NCBI GenBank assembly: GCA_010015585.1
Contig: ML975149.1
DNA from: Eremomyces bilateralis CBS 781.70
Lineage: Eukaryota
Length of the DNA stretch: 64,000 bases
Strand: one strand, 5' to 3'
The notes below the pieces were generated by a model, which saw nothing but the letters and a program-made list of their open reading frames with translations, did no database searches and had not been told where the DNA came from. Positions 1-11,870 of the stretch are shown here, in pieces. Every line of letters starts with the position of its first letter. The first letter of the stretch is position 1. The position numbers and the translations under genes are program-made.

Positions 1-488
1 CCAGCGCCGGGGTGTCGCCGCCGCCACCGCCGCGGAGCACGCGCGACCGCGACGATCGGGGCCGGCGGGTGAGCGGCGGGGGCCACTATGATCGGGAAAG
101 GAGGGAACGGGAGGCGGAGCGGGAGCGGCTGTATGTCAACCGGGGGGATCCAAGGGAGCGGAGCAGTGAGTTGGATTATGGGGATTCGCGGTCGGGGAGC
201 GTGCGGAGGAGGAGGGAAAGCGATGCGGAGAGTTTGGGGAGTCGGCGGGAGGTGAAGGTGAGTGGCATTCCCGGATTTTTTTTCCCGCGAGTTTCTAGAG
301 AGGGTGGGCTGACGTGCTGGAAATAGCGAACACGACGCGAGCATGAGGTTCGCGAACCGGCGCTCTCCCCGCGCGAGTCGAAGAACCCGCGGAGGTCGCG
401 GACGAGAACGCCGGCGCCGCTGCCGAAGGAGGATCCGGCGGGTGGGTATAAATCAGGGAGCGAGGAGGGCGAGATCGAGGAAGATTGA
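1..488 (+). CDS. 3' end of a gene encoding an Arg/Glu/Ser-rich (RS-like) C-terminus; identity unknown, starts upstream of the window
   Basis: Open frame to 257; phase-0 intron 258-326 (GTGAGT..GCTGAC..TAG); last exon RTRREHEV...GYKSGSEEGEIEED, TGA at 486-488. Confidence 0.7.
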
Positions 489-1416
489 GGGGAATCATGG
501 AGACAATGGGGATCACCTTGCTGAAAGAGTCGTGGGCTTCGAGAAGGCCATCAGAGCGTTTTCAGAGTGGAGTTGACCGGTGAGTGGATACGTAAATCAT
601 GAACTGCTTCACACGCTACTCATCTGGATCCGCACCGGGCGAAGAAAATAACGGGGAAAACGCAATGGCTTCTTTTGCGTCGTTGTCGTCCTCCTCGATG
701 AAGCGCGATGGGTTCGAGGGAGGGGTTGTTGGGACCGTGTATGTTGTTCCAATTACCTTCGCACCTTTTTTTGCAGGTTTATCAAAAGTTTTAATTGCCC
801 CAGGCATGCAGCAAGCGCACAATTCATGGTCCAGTAAGAAGACGCGAGAGAGAGACACGTATCGTAGCACGCACGACCAGACCATGTTCGGATCTCGGGC
901 TCACAACGCGAGAGGAGACGTGAGACATCCCACGACGTATGTCAGCTGGCAGAGGAATGTTTGCATTCTAATCTACCTCATAGTGAAATATCCTGTTGCC
1001 TGGAAAGGAAAATTCATGTCTCCAGCGAGTGAACAATTGGTCGGTGAGAATCTCAAACAAGCATCCGAACGGTAAGTTGTCCCATCCGTTCTTCCATCTG
1101 GCACCCCCCGGCGCGTCAGGCAACTCCACACCCTCCTGTCGCCCGCGCCCTCCCTTCGGTTGACGAAGGGAGGATCTCATCATCCATGTGTCCCCGACGC
1201 TCTACCAGCCAGGGCGGACCGCATCCGCGCGAGAATCTTCAAGAGCACGCCTCTCTATCTCGGTAGCCGTCGAGGATCGTGTCATCATCGTCGTCCGCAT
1301 CGTCATCGTCGCTGTCTGCTTCCCCAGTCGCCGACTTTTGGCCACTGCCCGATTTTTTAGTCTTGCTCTTCACGCGCTTGCGCGAGGAGCGCTTCTTGGA
1401 ATCATCCGAGGCGTCT

Positions 1417-3606
1417 TCAACTATCATCTTCTAGGAAGAACTGTGGGAGGGAAAAGGTCAGTGGTGAATCTACGGAGGTGGGTTCCCGAGAGTACTTACG
1501 TAGTTTCCGCCCAACTTCTGCTCCTGGTCCAACTGGCTGCCAGCCTTGTTGATCCGCGGGCGGTAGCTGGTCGGATCGCGGCGGAAGGTGACGTCGAGGT
1601 TCTTGAGGAACTTGTTGCAGCCCGTCAGGAGGCTCTCCGGGGTGTTGGCACGGGCCTTGATGGCCGGCTTCCCGTCGAACACGATGACGCGGTCAGCGAG
1701 GTAGGTGGCCATGATGAAATCGTGCTCGACGACGAAGGCGGTCTTCTTCGCGTGCATGATGAAGCGTTTGATGACGCGGGCGGCCACGATACGCTGCTCG
1801 GAGTCGAGGTAACTGCAAACTTGTTAGATAGGCAATCAATATAATCTGTGATGATACTTACGCGCTCGGTTCGTCGATGACGTAGATGTCGGCCGGCATT
1901 CCCAGTGCCAGAACGATGGCGACACGTTGCAATTCACCACCGGACAGATGCTGCACCTCCTGGTCGATGAAGTCGTCGATCTTCAGCGGCTTGTAGACAT
2001 CGGTCTGGAACTGCGGGCTAATGAACGCGGACTTGATCTTCTTGAAGAAGAGCTGGCGCACGGTGCCCGTGAACTTGGGCGTGATGGTCTGCGGCTTCAT
2101 GCTGATGCTCATCTTCGGGATGCGGGTGGTGCCGTCGGGGGTCTCGTAGCCGGCCAGCATACGGCAGAAAGTCGTCTTTCCGGTGCCGTTTTCGCCCATC
2201 ATGACGATGATCTCGGAGTCGGTGAATTGACCGGTTTCCACGAACAGCTGGAACGAACCGAGGGTCTTCTTCATCTTCGGGTAGCTGTATGCGTGGGCCT
2301 TGTCGATCAGGAACTCCTCGCCACCCTCACCGACGCGGAATTGCAAGGATTCATCACGGAAACGCAAATTCTCGGACGGGATGAAGCCGTCAAGGAAGTG
2401 GTTGATGCCCTCTCGGACGGAGGACGGCAAAGCGACCACACCATAAGCAGCGGGCTTGCCGTAGAGCACGCAGACGAAGTCGGACAGGTAGTCGAGGACG
2501 GACAAATCGTGCTCGACGACAATCACGTAGTCGTCGGTGCGAAGCAGGCCCCGAATCATGCGAGCGGCGTTGAGACGCTGCTTGACATCCAAGAACGAAG
2601 ATGGCTCGTCGAACATGTACACGTCGGCTCGTTGGACGCAGACCATGGCGATGGCGAACCGCTGCAATTCTCCACCGGAAAGGTTGGAGATGTCACGGTC
2701 CAGAATTTCCTTCAGCTCTGTGTAGGTGTTAGTGATTGTTTGACCACCGGACCATGATGAACTTACCAAGCTCTTCAATGATTTCATCCTTGTTCTCCAT
2801 CTGTGACTGCTTGTTGATAAGAGCCCTAACGGTGCGCTCTTGGCCCGGTCGGATGGCCTTAGGAAGTTGGTCCACATACTGAGGCTTGATAACAGCCTTC
2901 AGGTTGTCTTCGAGGATCTTGGTGAAGTAGTCTGATTGAAGTCAGCCAAGCAATATCGGGCAGGGCCACGCAACTCACTCTGCAACTCGGATCCACGGAA
3001 GTACTTCAGGATCTCCTCCCAGTCCGGCGGGTTGTCAAACCGTCCCAGATTAGGCTTGACCTTGCCGCTGAGGATCTTCAACGCCGTGCTCTTTCCAATA
3101 CCGTTTGTCCCGACCAGTCCCAGCACCTGCCCGGGGCGGGGCATCGGCAGGCGATGCAGTTTGAAGCTATTCGCCGAGTATCGGTGGGTGACTTGGGTCT
3201 CGAGATTGGTGGGCAGATTGATGATATTTATAGCGTCGAAGGGGCATTTCTTCGGGCAGATACCGCATCCAATGCAGAGACGCTCCGAGATGAAGGCGAT
3301 CTTCGACGTGGCGTCCACTTCGATGCAGAGCTTGCCGGTTCGAACCACAGGGCACGACTTCTTGCATTCTTGGCGGCATTTCTACAATAGCATTAGAATA
3401 AGCATGATAGTGTGAGTGCGGAGAACTACCTTAGGTTTGCACTATTCAGAGGAGTGACGAGTCAGCGTATTGCTAGAGGTAATGGATTTGGTGAGAGTGT
3501 TTACCTTGTCAGAGCTGACAATAGCAATCCTATAGACGACAACCGTTAGAATATGTCACTTATTTGATCAAAGGAAGGGTATTCACCTGGTAAGTCTGTC
3601 TGCCAT
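1417..3606 (-). CDS. RLI1: ABCE1/Rli1 ribosome recycling ATPase (Fe-S domain plus two ABC domains), multi-exon
   Basis: Spliced N-terminus [26 protein letters not shown] from 20/25/12-nt coding exons; [13 protein letters not shown]e-S motif; Walker A GTNGIGKS and [16 protein letters not shown] twice; last exon FFLEDDS-TGA (1440-1417). Confidence 0.97.
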
Positions 3607-4168
3607 TTTGCTGTAGCCTGAAGGCGTGAAATAGTGCTATGGAGGATATTGGACTTGTTTCGGTTCGCTTGAGGCGGGGGAGGCAATGGATAAATAGTCG
3701 TCGTGAAATTTCGGAGGGCCACCTTCAGACTTGACTTCTTCGCACAAGCACCTGCAAATCTGCTGATTCTTTTCTGGAAACTTTCCAACCGACTTGATTT
3801 ACGACCAAGAGCAATTTCCTTTGAATTTACAGACTCTTTCACAAAATTCAAGATCACTCGGTAAGTGCAACGGATTTCCCACACTATTTTGGTGATGATG
3901 GCAGAGTTATGCCAAGACTGGCTGATGACGGCGAAACATGCGCCATCCGATTGGTCCAACGCAGCGGTTGCTTGTGTGGCTGATCCCGTCGTTCGGGTCT
4001 GGCTGGGGTCTCTCATTGGCTGAACGGATGAGTGGCTTGAGACAGGCGCGGGGCAGGGGTTTTGGGCGGCACGTGATGTACATGTCAGGCAGCGACACTT
4101 GGTATTCACCAAATCATTCACTGTATCAGGCACTAATTAGCTAACCAAAAATTCGTTTTGCTGTGGTT

Positions 4169-4206
4169 CCTCAGTGGGTGAAAAAATTGATTGCCCATAC
4201 AACCCG
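4169..4206 (+). repeat. Left terminal inverted repeat (38 bp)
   Basis: CCTCAGTGGGTGAAAAAATTGATTGCCCATACAACCCG, the exact reverse complement of 5607-5644. Confidence 0.95.
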
Positions 4207-4292
4207 CCTTGGCACTCGTCACCCGTTTTCCTACACCTATATCCAACAGACCTTAATCTTCAACCCATCTCTAAGTCCATCATTTTCTCTTC

Positions 4293-5558
4293 ATGGAGCG
4301 TCAGATTACGCCAGATCGGCCGATTAGGCGCGAGGAATATACTACAATCCAAAAATCGAGGTTTTTCGAAGCCTATGATAGCCGTACCGCAGATCAACCA
4401 TTGTCAGACATCCTCCGCAAGCTCGACCTCCCTCGGCGTACAGCAAATTACTGGCTTTCTCAACGCCGTCGTATTGGAAAAGAGGCTTACCGACGAACGC
4501 GCCCTAACAGCGACCGATTAGGGCGACGCCGCGCTATTACATCTCCTCAGTTAGATGCTATTGTATCTTCACAGAACCCTATAAGAGAGCTTCCATATGA
4601 AGCGAATATCACGCATTTCAATCTCGATATTACAACCGGTCGCGCCCTCCATAACAATCTAAAAGATCGACGGGATGCAGGCCGTTTCGTTGAACAGCAG
4701 GGGAAACCCGTTTCTCCTCGGAATCGCAGGCTACGGGAGGACTATGGCCGCTTCGGAAGAGAACAACCTCTTATCGGCTATTGAGACTCAATTGAATTTA
4801 CAGACGAGATGCACTACGATCCTTCGGAGCAGCCGAAACAGTGAATTATACGCCAAAAAGGTACACGTTATAATTCGGAGAATCTTCAAAAGCGGCCGCA
4901 GAAAACGGGCGTTGCACTTCATATTGCTGCGTCTTGCAATTGGTACTCAAAGAGCAGTCTTATCTTCTATCACGACAAGTCTGAGGATCTTCCAAAACCA
5001 CGAAGGCCTAGAAAGCCTAGGCAAAAACAGACTGAGACAGACGAACAGTTCCCTTCTAGATTGCAAGAGTGGAAGGCAAGAATACCTCACGAGATTCAGG
5101 TCAAACGGAAGGGGAATTCTATGACCCAGGAGCATTATGCTAAGCATATTCTCCCAGCCTATATCGCGCGTATTGAGGCTGCTCGTTTATACCACCGCGG
5201 ATCGTTCGGTGCTGACGTCTGTGGACCATTTATGATGTTACAAGAGGATAACGATCCATCGCACGGTACACAGTCATTTAACGTCGCGTCGGCATTAAAA
5301 CATGCCCATTGGATTACATGCATAAAGCATCCACCACAATCCCCAGACCTAAACCCGATTGAAGCACTTTGGGGGATCCTAAAGCAGAGTGGACGCAAAC
5401 GGGTATGGCGATCGATTACGGAGCTGAAGCAAGTCCTAATTGATGAATGGGACAAGATCTCAATGGAAGAGGTACGCGCTAGGATCGCAGAGATGCCGTC
5501 TAGATGTCAATTACTTGTAGATAGCAAGGGGAACATCGTAAAAACTGCGCTGTGGTAA
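4293..5558 (+). pseudogene. DDE transposase interrupted by two in-frame TGA codons
   Basis: One frame from ATG 4293 to TAA 5558 with TGA at 4782-4784 and 4842-4844; catalytic D (4803), D (5247), E (5361), with 37 residues between the second D and E. Confidence 0.9.
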
Positions 5559-5606
5559 GATAGCGATATTCAAATCAAGTTTGATATTGGGATTGCGTGC
5601 CAAGAC

Positions 5607-5644
5607 CGGGTTGTATGGGCAATCAATTTTTTCACCCACTGAGG
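5607..5644 (-). repeat. Right terminal inverted repeat (38 bp)
   Basis: Exact reverse complement of 4169-4206. Confidence 0.95.
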
Positions 5645-5656
5645 GTTGATAATTTA

Positions 5657-5710
5657 TGCCTTGCTGCCTTGCTGCCTTGACGCCTTGACGCCTTGCAGCC
5701 TCGCAGCCTC
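5657..5710. repeat. Degenerate 8-bp tandem repeat (about 7 units)
   Basis: tgccttgc tgccttgc tgccttga cgccttga cgccttgc agcctcgc agcctc. Confidence 0.8.
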
Positions 5711-5891
5711 ACTTCCCTTGCCCGTCCTGCACCGCCATCCTACGCCCCAAGGGTTCCCTCTCTACTTCTCACTAACCAACGACAACTTCCATAGATCTTC
5801 ACACTGCGACCTGTCTCTCTCTGCGGACAGAATCCACACCAGCCTCTACTCTTGTCGACTCCTCCTATCCCTCCCTGCGGGCACTTGGATC

Positions 5892-8800
5892 ATGGCCTGT
5901 AAGTACAATTTTATTGCTTTCAATTTCGTTGTGGGAGTCAGGATCAGCCCCTCTCCAATGTCACTCACCCAGGCACGCCCGCATCATGGCCGGTCCATCA
6001 ACCGTCATCCCAAAGATATCCATACGCGATCAGAGGCTTTCAGGTACAAATTTGTGCTTGTTAGCTTCGTTAGATCCGCTGGTTGGCTCTATCAACACCG
6101 TCTTGCTCTCCTCAGCCTGCCATTGACGGCAGAGCCCTTCGGCCATCAACCTCGTCTACGGTTCATCGACCAAGCCTGACTATCATCACCATATGCCTAT
6201 TCCATCTCGTGTGGTTCCGACAAGTCGCATTACATGTCTTTGGGGCCGCCCAGGGTCGCTGTCTATGCGCCATCACTCCACACAAACTCAATCACTCGAA
6301 ATCATAGTCCAAGCCTTGCTGACCACAATTCCATCACAGCCGGGTCGGTTCTGATACCCGCCGCCCCCGAGTCGGCTCCATCGTTCATCGATGGGGTTGA
6401 CCAGAATCCCACCAACACCGCCGATCCCTCTCCTTCCAACAGTCCGGCTTCCGAGAGCGGAAGCGACCTCTCCGATGCCAAAGACCTCAACGACTCGAAC
6501 ACCTCCGACGCAGACATCGACCTCTTTCACTCCGGGGAGGCAGACACTCCCGCGGAAGATGCTTCAGATTCTTCTGACCAGGAAGATGATGAGAAAGATG
6601 GCGATTACTCGGAAGACGCCTTTGTTGCGGCACCCCAGCAAGAACCCCCATCACGTCGGGAGTCTACCGCATCACGAGCGTCGTCAAACTCATCAAATTC
6701 GTCGAAGCGAAAGGCAGAGGATGATCTCGCTTTCGCTATGAGCTTGAACCCTGATCTCTACGGAGTTAGGCGAACTGCAAGCGCTCCCTCTACTGTCAAT
6801 CTTCATCGGGCTAACATTTCAACTAGCGACGGAACGTCACCAACAATCGCCGAGTTGTAAGGCTCCTTACTTGCCCTTTTTTGCGCTCGACTAACGTCGT
6901 TTAGGTTGAATCAGATTCAGAAGACGATGACTCCGATGTTCCCATTCCTATCAAACGAAGGCGACTAGCTGCCTCCATCCAAAGTATGCCCCATTGTACA
7001 ATGCCCTTTCGCCCGCTTCTCTTCATGCTGACCGATTCTAGACTCTCATGCGCCCACACCCCGCTCGACCTTTGTCAGCGACCTCGAGGAGGAAGAGGAC
7101 ACGTACATCAACTCCCGCCGATCTCGTCTCACCAAAAAGCAGAAGACCCGTCAGCAACAGGTCGCGGCAGGATTGGCCCCCCCTTCGGCCGGAGAAGTAC
7201 GATTCACGTCGAGGAACGTAAAGAAAATCAACTACAACGAAACGGAGGATGAAGATGAAGACGACCGCGAGTACACGTACGAGGAGGCAGACGCTTCGCC
7301 AATCATTGACGTTGTGTTGGACCATCGTGAGAAAGAGGGCTTGAGTCAGTCGCCAATTGAGCCAGATGGACGCGCTTGCTGACGAATACCTAGCCATCAA
7401 ACCGGAACGACGCATGAAAGAGGATTACGAGTATTACGTAGGTCTCTTCCTCTTCCCGGAACAACTCATTTACTCACATTATGACAGATCAAATGGCAAG
7501 GCAAAGCGCACTTGCATGCCACTTGGGTTACCGTTGATTCCATCCCTTCCGGGCGCGTCCGAAAAATTGAGAACTATTTCGTCAAGACCGTACAAAAGGA
7601 ACTCTCCGTTAAGCATGACCCTTCTATCCCCGAAGAAGAACTGGAGAAGTTCAACCTCGAACGCGACCGAGAGCGAGAGAGGGCGGAAAAGAGCAAGGAG
7701 ACCGAACGTGTGATTGGGTCACGCCTGAATGAAGCTGAAGAGACGGAATACCTCGTGAAATGTAAGTGTCAGCGCTTTTCTCAATGCCTTTCAGCAACTG
7801 ACCGTGTGTTAGGGTGCGAGGTTGGCTATGATGGCTGTACGTGGGAGTCTACCGAAACTCTCGAGCCGATCGCCGACACTCAGATCGATTCCTATCTCAC
7901 ACGCGCTTCCAAACCTTTCACGCACAATCTGACCGGTGCAAACCTTCCTGATTTCCATCATTGGCCTCCAGGTACTCAACCTGACTATATCAAGAAGGAG
8001 GTACTCAAAGACTTCCAGCGGGTCGGTGTCGAATGGATCGCCTTCAACTGGACCATCCATCGAAATATCATCCTTGCCGACGAGATGGGATTAGGAAAAA
8101 CTGTGCAATCTGTCACAGCCATCAACCGAATGTACCAGGAGCACGGCCAGGAGGGTCCCTATCTCGTCGTCGCTCCTCTCTCCACCATTTCCCAATGGCA
8201 AACCACATTCAATGACTGGGCGCCAGACTTGCATTATGTCGTCTATCTGGGCAATGCCACGGCCCGAGACACGATACAACAGTTTGAACTCTTCTCGAAT
8301 GGCGATCCTCGGAGGTGCAGATTTAACGTGGTAATCACTTCGTACGAATATATCTTGCTGGAGAAGACCATCTTGTCGCAAGTCAAGTGGCTTGCCCTCA
8401 TTGTGGACGAAGCACATCGCTTGAAGAATCCCGAAGCTCAACTCTTCAGAGCACTCATGGATTTCAATATCCAACATAAACTCCTACTTACCGGAACTCC
8501 TTTGCAGAACACCATTCCCGAGCTTTCTGCTCTGCTGCACTTCTTACATCCGGCCAAATTCGACGTCAACAGTGATGTCGACATCACCGAAAAGGAGGCC
8601 GGGAAGAAACTGGCCGTCTTCATCAATGAAATCAAAAACAACTTCCTTCGACGGGTGAAGGATACTGTCACGACAGACCTGCCCAAGAAAACGGAAAAAA
8701 TTCTTCGCTTTGTTTGCGCTGAAGACCAGCTGGAAGTTTACCGCAACATCCTCACCAAAAATTACGAAGCGTTACGTGCAGGTCCGAATGCACCCAAGCA

Positions 8801-11800
8801 AACATTCCTCAATGTCATGATGGAACTCCGAAAGGCAGCCAATCATCTATTCCTTATTGCAGGTGGACAAGAGATGGCGATGGGAAATGACCAGTCTCAG
8901 GAGAACTACTACCGCAAGCTCATCACCTCGAGTGGGAAGATGATTGTCCTCGACAAGTTGCTCAAGAAGCTCAAGGGGGAAGGACACCGAGTCCTTATCT
9001 TCTCCCAAATGGTCAAGATGCTTGATATTCTCCAACAGTATCTGAACTTCCGCAACCATCAACATCAGAGACTCGATGGGACGATGCCTGCCGCTCAGCG
9101 CAAAGCAGCGATTGACAGCTTCAGCGCCCCTGAGAGCAAAGATTTTTGTTTCCTTCTCTCCACGCGTGCCGGTGGACTTGGCCTCAATCTCACAGCCGCA
9201 GATGTCGTCATCATTTTCGACTCGGATTTCAATCCGCAGATGGACATCCAAGCAATGTCTCGAGCCCACCGCATCGGCCAGACTAGGCCTGTCACTGTGT
9301 TCCGTCTCGTCATGGAGAAGACAGTCGAAGAGGACATCCTGGAGCGCAGTGAGCAGAAGTTGATGCTGGAGGAGGCGATCATCAAAGAAGGAATCACCGA
9401 CAAGAAGGCTCAAAAATACAGTCATGATGCTGCAACGAAAGGGCTCACGGACGCCCCAACCACCGCCGAGGCTCTCAACAATCTCTTGAAACGACGTGGT
9501 CAGGGTATCTTTGCCCAGAAGGGTAACCAGAAACGACTGGACGAGCTTGATATTGACGCAGTCATCGAGACGGCCGAAGTCAAGAAGACGGCTCAGCCCA
9601 AGGCTGACATGTCTGTTGGTGGTGACGATTTCATGAGGAGCATAGAGATCACGAACATCAAGATCGATGACTTGAGCTGGGACGACATCATCCCCAAAGA
9701 GGAGGTCGAGAAGATCCGCGCTCAAGAGAAGGAGAAGGAGCAAAAAGCCTTCCTTCAAAAGATCATTGCCGAGAATCAGCCACGAAAAGCGAAGCTCCTG
9801 GCCGGCGAAGGTGGCCGAAGTGCCAAGAAGGAGGCGCAGCGAAACATGAAAAAGCGCCATGAGGACGAGTCCGATGAGTCCGAACTGGAACGTCCAAAGA
9901 AGAAACAGAAGAAGTCGGCTGTACGCAGCGATCAACTTGGTGAAGCCGAGATCCGAAATTTGCTCAAGGCTTACGGCGTTTTCGGCTCTTTCGAAGATTG
10001 CCAGGATCAAATCATCAAATTTGCTGACCTTGGCGGTTTCGACCCAGCAGTTCTCAAGAAGGTGCTCGACGACATTTCGGATCGAGCAAGGAGGGAGCTG
10101 AGGGAGCGTGATGAAAAGATCAAGGAGCTCCAAAGCAAAGAGAACAAGATCTTGACGAAGAAGGAAATCAAAGCGGCCATGTTCTCCTATGGCAAGATCA
10201 AGCAGATCAACGCTGAGAAATTCTTAGAGCGACCCGAAGAACTGCGTCTCCTTCGACAGTTCGTGAGCAGCAGCCCTTCTGCGGCCGATTTCCGATTTCC
10301 CAAATCTGCATGGGAAAAGCTCAGCAAGGCGGATTACACTGGCTCGCCTGATTGGGGTGAACGCGAAGACGCCATGTTGGCAGTGGGGGTTTGCCGATAT
10401 GGACTTGGAGAATGGCGTCTCATCCAGAACGACCCTGAGCTCGGACTTCATGATCACCTTTTCTTGGACGAGCAGAAAGTTGCCGTCAAGCGAGAACGCC
10501 AGAGCACGGTCACGGATGGCAAAGTCAAGGCCAAGACCCCAGGGCCCGTCCATCTTGTCCGACGCGCAGAAGGTTTCTTCAAGGTCCTCAAGACGCACAA
10601 AGAAGAGCAAGAGAACGGAGTCGCGAAGCGAGACGGCTCCCCGGAAGCAAGCGTGCCAAGGAAGCCTTCACAGAAGCATATTCGAAGGGTCATGAAAGAT
10701 TCGGTTTCCCGTAGCCGCGCCCACAGCCAGAGCGAGTCGAGAGACGTTTCCGACCGCCGAACGGATATCGTGCATATCACCTCCCGCAAGAGTCCGAATA
10801 ATGAGGCCAAAGCCCGTCAAGGCTCGGTTGACCGGGGCGCTCGTGCCAACTCGTCCAAGCCCACGCCGGAACCCACGTCCGAAGAGTCAAAGAATCTCCA
10901 AAAGAACAACTCTCCATTTGATGAGAAGCTGGACGCGGCATCTCCAGGGGCGTCAGTGGAGACCAAGGTCAAACAGCGCAAGTACATCCCTGGCCCTGCA
11001 CCGGAATGGGTCAACCTTCCTAGTTTCAAGAGAGACACCCATCGAACGTCCAATGGCCACAACTCGAACCACATCGGCGGTGCCGAGATGGGTCGAACAG
11101 ACTCTCATGGATCGACCGATTCGCACCGTAAGCGAAGTGCAGATGACGATGGGCGAGACTACCGGGATTCGCGCGACTATCGCGACTCTCGACATGGCGA
11201 CAAGCGATCACGACACTATGAGCGTGGAGATGAACGCGATTACAAGCGCAAATCCGAGTATGATGATGACCGCGACTTCAAGCGACGTCGTCCGAGCAAC
11301 GATCATGCCGACCGCTATCGGCCCGAGTCAGTGTATTCGCGTCACTCCAGTTCAGATTATGGAAGCGATCATGGTGACTCCCATCGCTATTACGATGGCC
11401 CACCCGGCGGTGGTCAATACCGTGAACCTTCCCACCATCGACGACCATCCAATGGCCACCGCGATGACCGTCGTCCGCCTCCGCCGAGAGTTCCCGATCA
11501 GCACTCCCCCGTGAATGGGACCGACTATCGAAAGAGCTCATATGCACGTGGTGGTGAAGCTCACATCGACCGAGACGCACGCATGCGCCAGATCTTGAAC
11601 TCGGTCTTCCTGAAACTTGAAATCCTCCGCACCGCGAAACCCGCGAACTATCCCGACGCTGCGAGGCGGTTGGCGGTGATCAAAGAAAACATCCAAGACG
11701 TCGGCGACTTCATCACCCAGTTGCCGAGGAACGGTCATCGTGGCGACTTGGACGAGGTGTGGAGCTTCGCCGCACGATATCTCCCGTTCCCGCCTGAGAA

Positions 11801-11870
11801 GCAGACCTCCAAGATGTTCAAGGACTATTACCAAAAGTTGAGGGACCAGGGGAAGAAGCCCCAGTCTTAA
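5892..11870 (+). CDS. CHD1: Chromodomain helicase DNA-binding protein Chd1/Hrp3
   Basis: Tandem chromodomains, ILADEMGLGKT, DEAH, RAHRIGQ and a SANT/SLIDE-like region. The 5' model (ATGGCCT exon 5892-5898, intron 5899-6339, GC-AG intron 6777-6826) is inferred from frame-consistent splice signals. Confidence 0.93.

Larger units (their letters stand above)
4169..5644 (+). mobile_element. Tc1/mariner-superfamily (DD37E) DNA transposon, 1,476 bp; this copy appears non-autonomous
   Basis: Perfect 38-bp TIRs (4169-4206 and 5607-5644) with a CAGTGGG core; internal transposase frame with FTDE..QEDNDPSH..SPDLNPIE. Confidence 0.95.

Noticed and set aside
599..1075. ORFs on both strands between the first gene and RLI1
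   Set aside because: No recognisable motifs or coding-like bias; they lie in convergent 3' UTR space.
1188..2757. Long + strand ORFs (218 and 276 aa)
   Set aside because: Antisense shadows of the codon-biased RLI1 gene.
4169..5644. Tc4/Tc5-like TNA duplication in a CTNAG target
   Set aside because: The two ends read TCA and TGA, which are inverted rather than directly repeated.
8847..10133. 428-aa minus-strand ORF
   Set aside because: Antisense shadow of CHD1; the same applies to 27046-28248 (CLC) and 40831-42494.
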